Shown piece by piece: positions 35,183 through 36,987 of a stretch of DNA of 36,987 nt. The stretch comes from a virus (lineage: Duplodnaviria; Caudoviricetes): IMG/VR virus record IMGVR_UViG_3300035670_000674, positions 1 to 36,987 of that record; one strand, given 5' to 3'. The notes beneath the pieces were generated by a model. It was not told where the DNA came from and did not search any database. It was given only the letters and a program-made list of their open reading frames with translations. How positions within the stretch are numbered: the stretch's first letter is position 1; every line of letters begins with the position of its first letter. A program made the position numbers and the translations under genes.

Positions 35183-35388
35183 TGAAAAAAATAGTAAATG
35201 GAATTGAATACGATTTAACTTCTGAAGAAATAGCACAAAAAGAACAAGATGCTATTCAAGCTCAAGCAGACAAAGCTGCTAGAGAATCTAAAGAAGCAGA
35301 AGATTTAGCCAATAAACAATCAGCACTAAACAAACTTAAAGCATTAGGTTTGAATGATGCTGAGATTAACTCAATACTAGGAAAATAA
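35182..35388 (+). CDS. putative fibre chaperone, cassette 1
   Basis: 68 aa, TAATG-coupled, C-terminal ANKQSALNKLKALGL-x-x-AEI. Confidence 0.6.
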   Translation: MKKIVNGIEYDLTSEEIAQKEQDAIQAQADKAARESKEAEDLANKQSALNKLKALGLNDAEINSILGK

Positions 35389-35460
35389 CATGCTGTCGCT
35401 AGACTTCATTATTAAATTACTTGTAAAGACTAACAATAAAATTATAAAAGGAATTTAATA

Positions 35461-35985
35461 ATGCCACTTACAAAAATAAAATCACTAGGAATAACTGATG
35501 GTACGATTACTTCAGCTGACTTAGCTACTGGAGTAGGTGGTAAAGTATTGCAGGTTGTTACTTTTAATTATTCTACTGAAGGAAATATTTCAGCTTCATC
35601 TTATACAGATACAAATATTACACAATCAATAACTCCATCTTTTACTTCAAGTAAAATATTAATTTTAGCAAATGTAAATGCTTATGGTTATGTTAATGAT
35701 AGTACATATAGAGTATTTTATTTAAATTTAGTTAGAGGTTCTACCCAAATTGCAGATAAACAATTTCATATTGGTGCTACAACAAATCCTACTAACAGTT
35801 ATGTTTATGGTGCTATGGATGGTTCAATTATTTATTTAGATAGTCCAAATACAACAAGTTCAACAACTTATAAAATTCAAGCAAAAGTTAATAATACTGC
35901 TAATAATTGTAATGTAGCAATTAATGGTGATAATGCTTTTACAAGTGGTGGAAGTCATTTAACTTTAATAGAAATAGCAGGATAA
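35461..35985 (+). CDS. short fibre / receptor-binding protein, cassette 2
   Basis: ITDGTITSADL, GKVLQVV...ITP-x-x-TSSKILI...LDSP-x-TTS-x-x-TYK...EIAG. Confidence 0.7.
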   Translation: MPLTKIKSLGITDGTITSADLATGVGGKVLQVVTFNYSTEGNISASSYTDTNITQSITPSFTSSKILILANVNAYGYVNDSTYRVFYLNLVRGSTQIADKQFHIGATTNPTNSYVYGAMDGSIIYLDSPNTTSSTTYKIQAKVNNTANNCNVAINGDNAFTSGGSHLTLIEIAG

Positions 35986-35986
35986 T

Positions 35987-36244
35987 ATGAATATTATAAT
36001 TAGTGCAATTAGAAAAATAAATAAAAATTCTGAATTTAAAATTTTTGGTAATGATATTAATCAAATTACTTGGTTAAATAACACACCACCAATACCTAAG
36101 GAACAGATACTAGCTATGATACCAATTGTAGAACAAGAAATTGCAAATGAAGAAGCTAACAAAATTGCTAACAAACAATCAGCACTAAACAAATTATCTG
36201 CTTTAGGTTTAACTGAAGCTGAGATAAAAGCTATCATAGGATAA
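35987..36244 (+). CDS. putative fibre chaperone (XkdW-like), cassette 2
   Basis: I-x-W-x-x-x-x-x-P-x-P motif and C-terminal ANKQSALNKLSALGL-x-x-AEI. Confidence 0.6.
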   Translation: MNIIISAIRKINKNSEFKIFGNDINQITWLNNTPPIPKEQILAMIPIVEQEIANEEANKIANKQSALNKLSALGLTEAEIKAIIG

Positions 36245-36245
36245 T

Positions 36246-36987
36246 ATGGCATACATAGGAAAACAACCAGTTGTAGGAAACTTTGTAAAGCTAGACACAA
36301 TCACTACATCCGCTACAGCTACATACAATTTATTAAATGGTGGAGTTGCTTACTTTCCACAATCAGCTAATAACTGTATCGTATCTTTAAATGGTGTTAT
36401 TCAATCGCCAACTTCAGCTTATACAATATCAGGATCAACAATAGTATTCTCAGATGCTTTAACTTCATCTGATACAATAGATTTCATTTTAGTATTAGGA
36501 GATGTATTAAACATAGGTACTCCTTCTGATGGCACTGTAACTTCTGCTAAACTTGCTTCTGGTGTATCAGGATTAATTTCTTGGCAATCAGTTCAAACAA
36601 CAGGATTTACTGCAGTAGCTGGTAGAGGTTATCCTTGCAATACAACTTCTGCAGGATTTACAGTAACATTACCTGCTTCTCCTACTGCTGGAGATACAAT
36701 TATATTATTAGATTATGCAGGAACTTTTGACACAAACGCACTTATTATTTCTCCTAATGGAAATAAAATAGAAGGTGCAACATCTAGCTTACAATTAAGT
36801 GGTGAAAGAGAAGGAGTATTATTAGTTTATATAGATTCAACACAAGGTTGGTTAGCAACATCAGGAATTAATGAAGGAACAGATGCTTTAGCACCACTAC
36901 CATACACAGTAGATTTTTTAGTAATCGCTGGTGGTGGTGGAGGAGGATTTGATGATGGTGGAGGAGGAGGTGCAGGGGGATATAGAA
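36246..36987 (+). CDS. tail fibre / glycine-rich protein, cassette 3 (partial, runs off window)
   Basis: Hand-translated MAYIGKQPVVGNFVKLD...VSLNGVIQSP...VTLPASP-x-AGD...VIAGGGGGG; appears open to window end. Confidence 0.75.
   Translation, partial: MAYIGKQPVVGNFVKLDTITTSATATYNLLNGGVAYFPQSANNCIVSLNGVIQSPTSAYTISGSTIVFSDALTSSDTIDFILVLGDVLNIGTPSDGTVTSAKLASGVSGLISWQSVQTTGFTAVAGRGYPCNTTSAGFTVTLPASPTAGDTIILLDYAGTFDTNALIISPNGNKIEGATSSLQLSGEREGVLLVYIDSTQGWLATSGINEGTDALAPLPYTVDFLVIAGGGGGGFDDGGGGGAGGYR

Noticed and set aside
35390-35458. 22-codon ORF MLSLDFIIKLLVKTNNKIIKGI between fibre cassettes
   Set aside because: Too short to support without homology, although it fills the gap
32851-36230. Repeats in the fibre region as CRISPR or diversity-generating retroelement
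   Set aside because: Repeats are in-frame coding modules with synonymous divergence; no regular spacers, no reverse transcriptase, no adenine-specific TR/VR pair

Overview
Strongly AT-rich, gene-dense window holding most of a tailed podovirus-type phage genome, circularly permuted and broken inside the tail-fibre/accessory region. Gene content and order resemble the HTVC010P-like SAR11 (Pelagibacter/Fonsibacter) phages; the host is inferred and not shown by the sequence. Layout: (i) + strand late operon from 21503 with small genes, terS, terL, portal, scaffold, major capsid, decoration, tail adaptor/nozzle and tail-fibre cassettes, continuing at 1-11204 with two GNAT-like paralogues, ejection proteins, a phosphoesterase, small basic proteins, holin and an M15 endolysin; (ii) - strand early/middle genes from 21225 down to about 11184, with many tiny ORFs, an XRE regulator, a DUF6915/DUF6878-like pair, a PD-(D/E)XK exonuclease and an SSB-like gene; (iii) a five-gene + strand island at 13519-15169. 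No integrase, DNA/RNA polymerase, primase, helicase, tRNA or CRISPR was recognised. The best candidates for something new are a DnaA-domain-IV-like plus DUF6456-like gene pair resembling the GafA / GafY-GafZ activators of alphaproteobacterial gene transfer agents, a family of minus-strand RNA hairpins sharing a CAAGUG loop motif, and one such hairpin whose loop is 18/20 complementary to the translation start of the gene upstream of terS. All family assignments come from motif recognition by eye, with no database searches.
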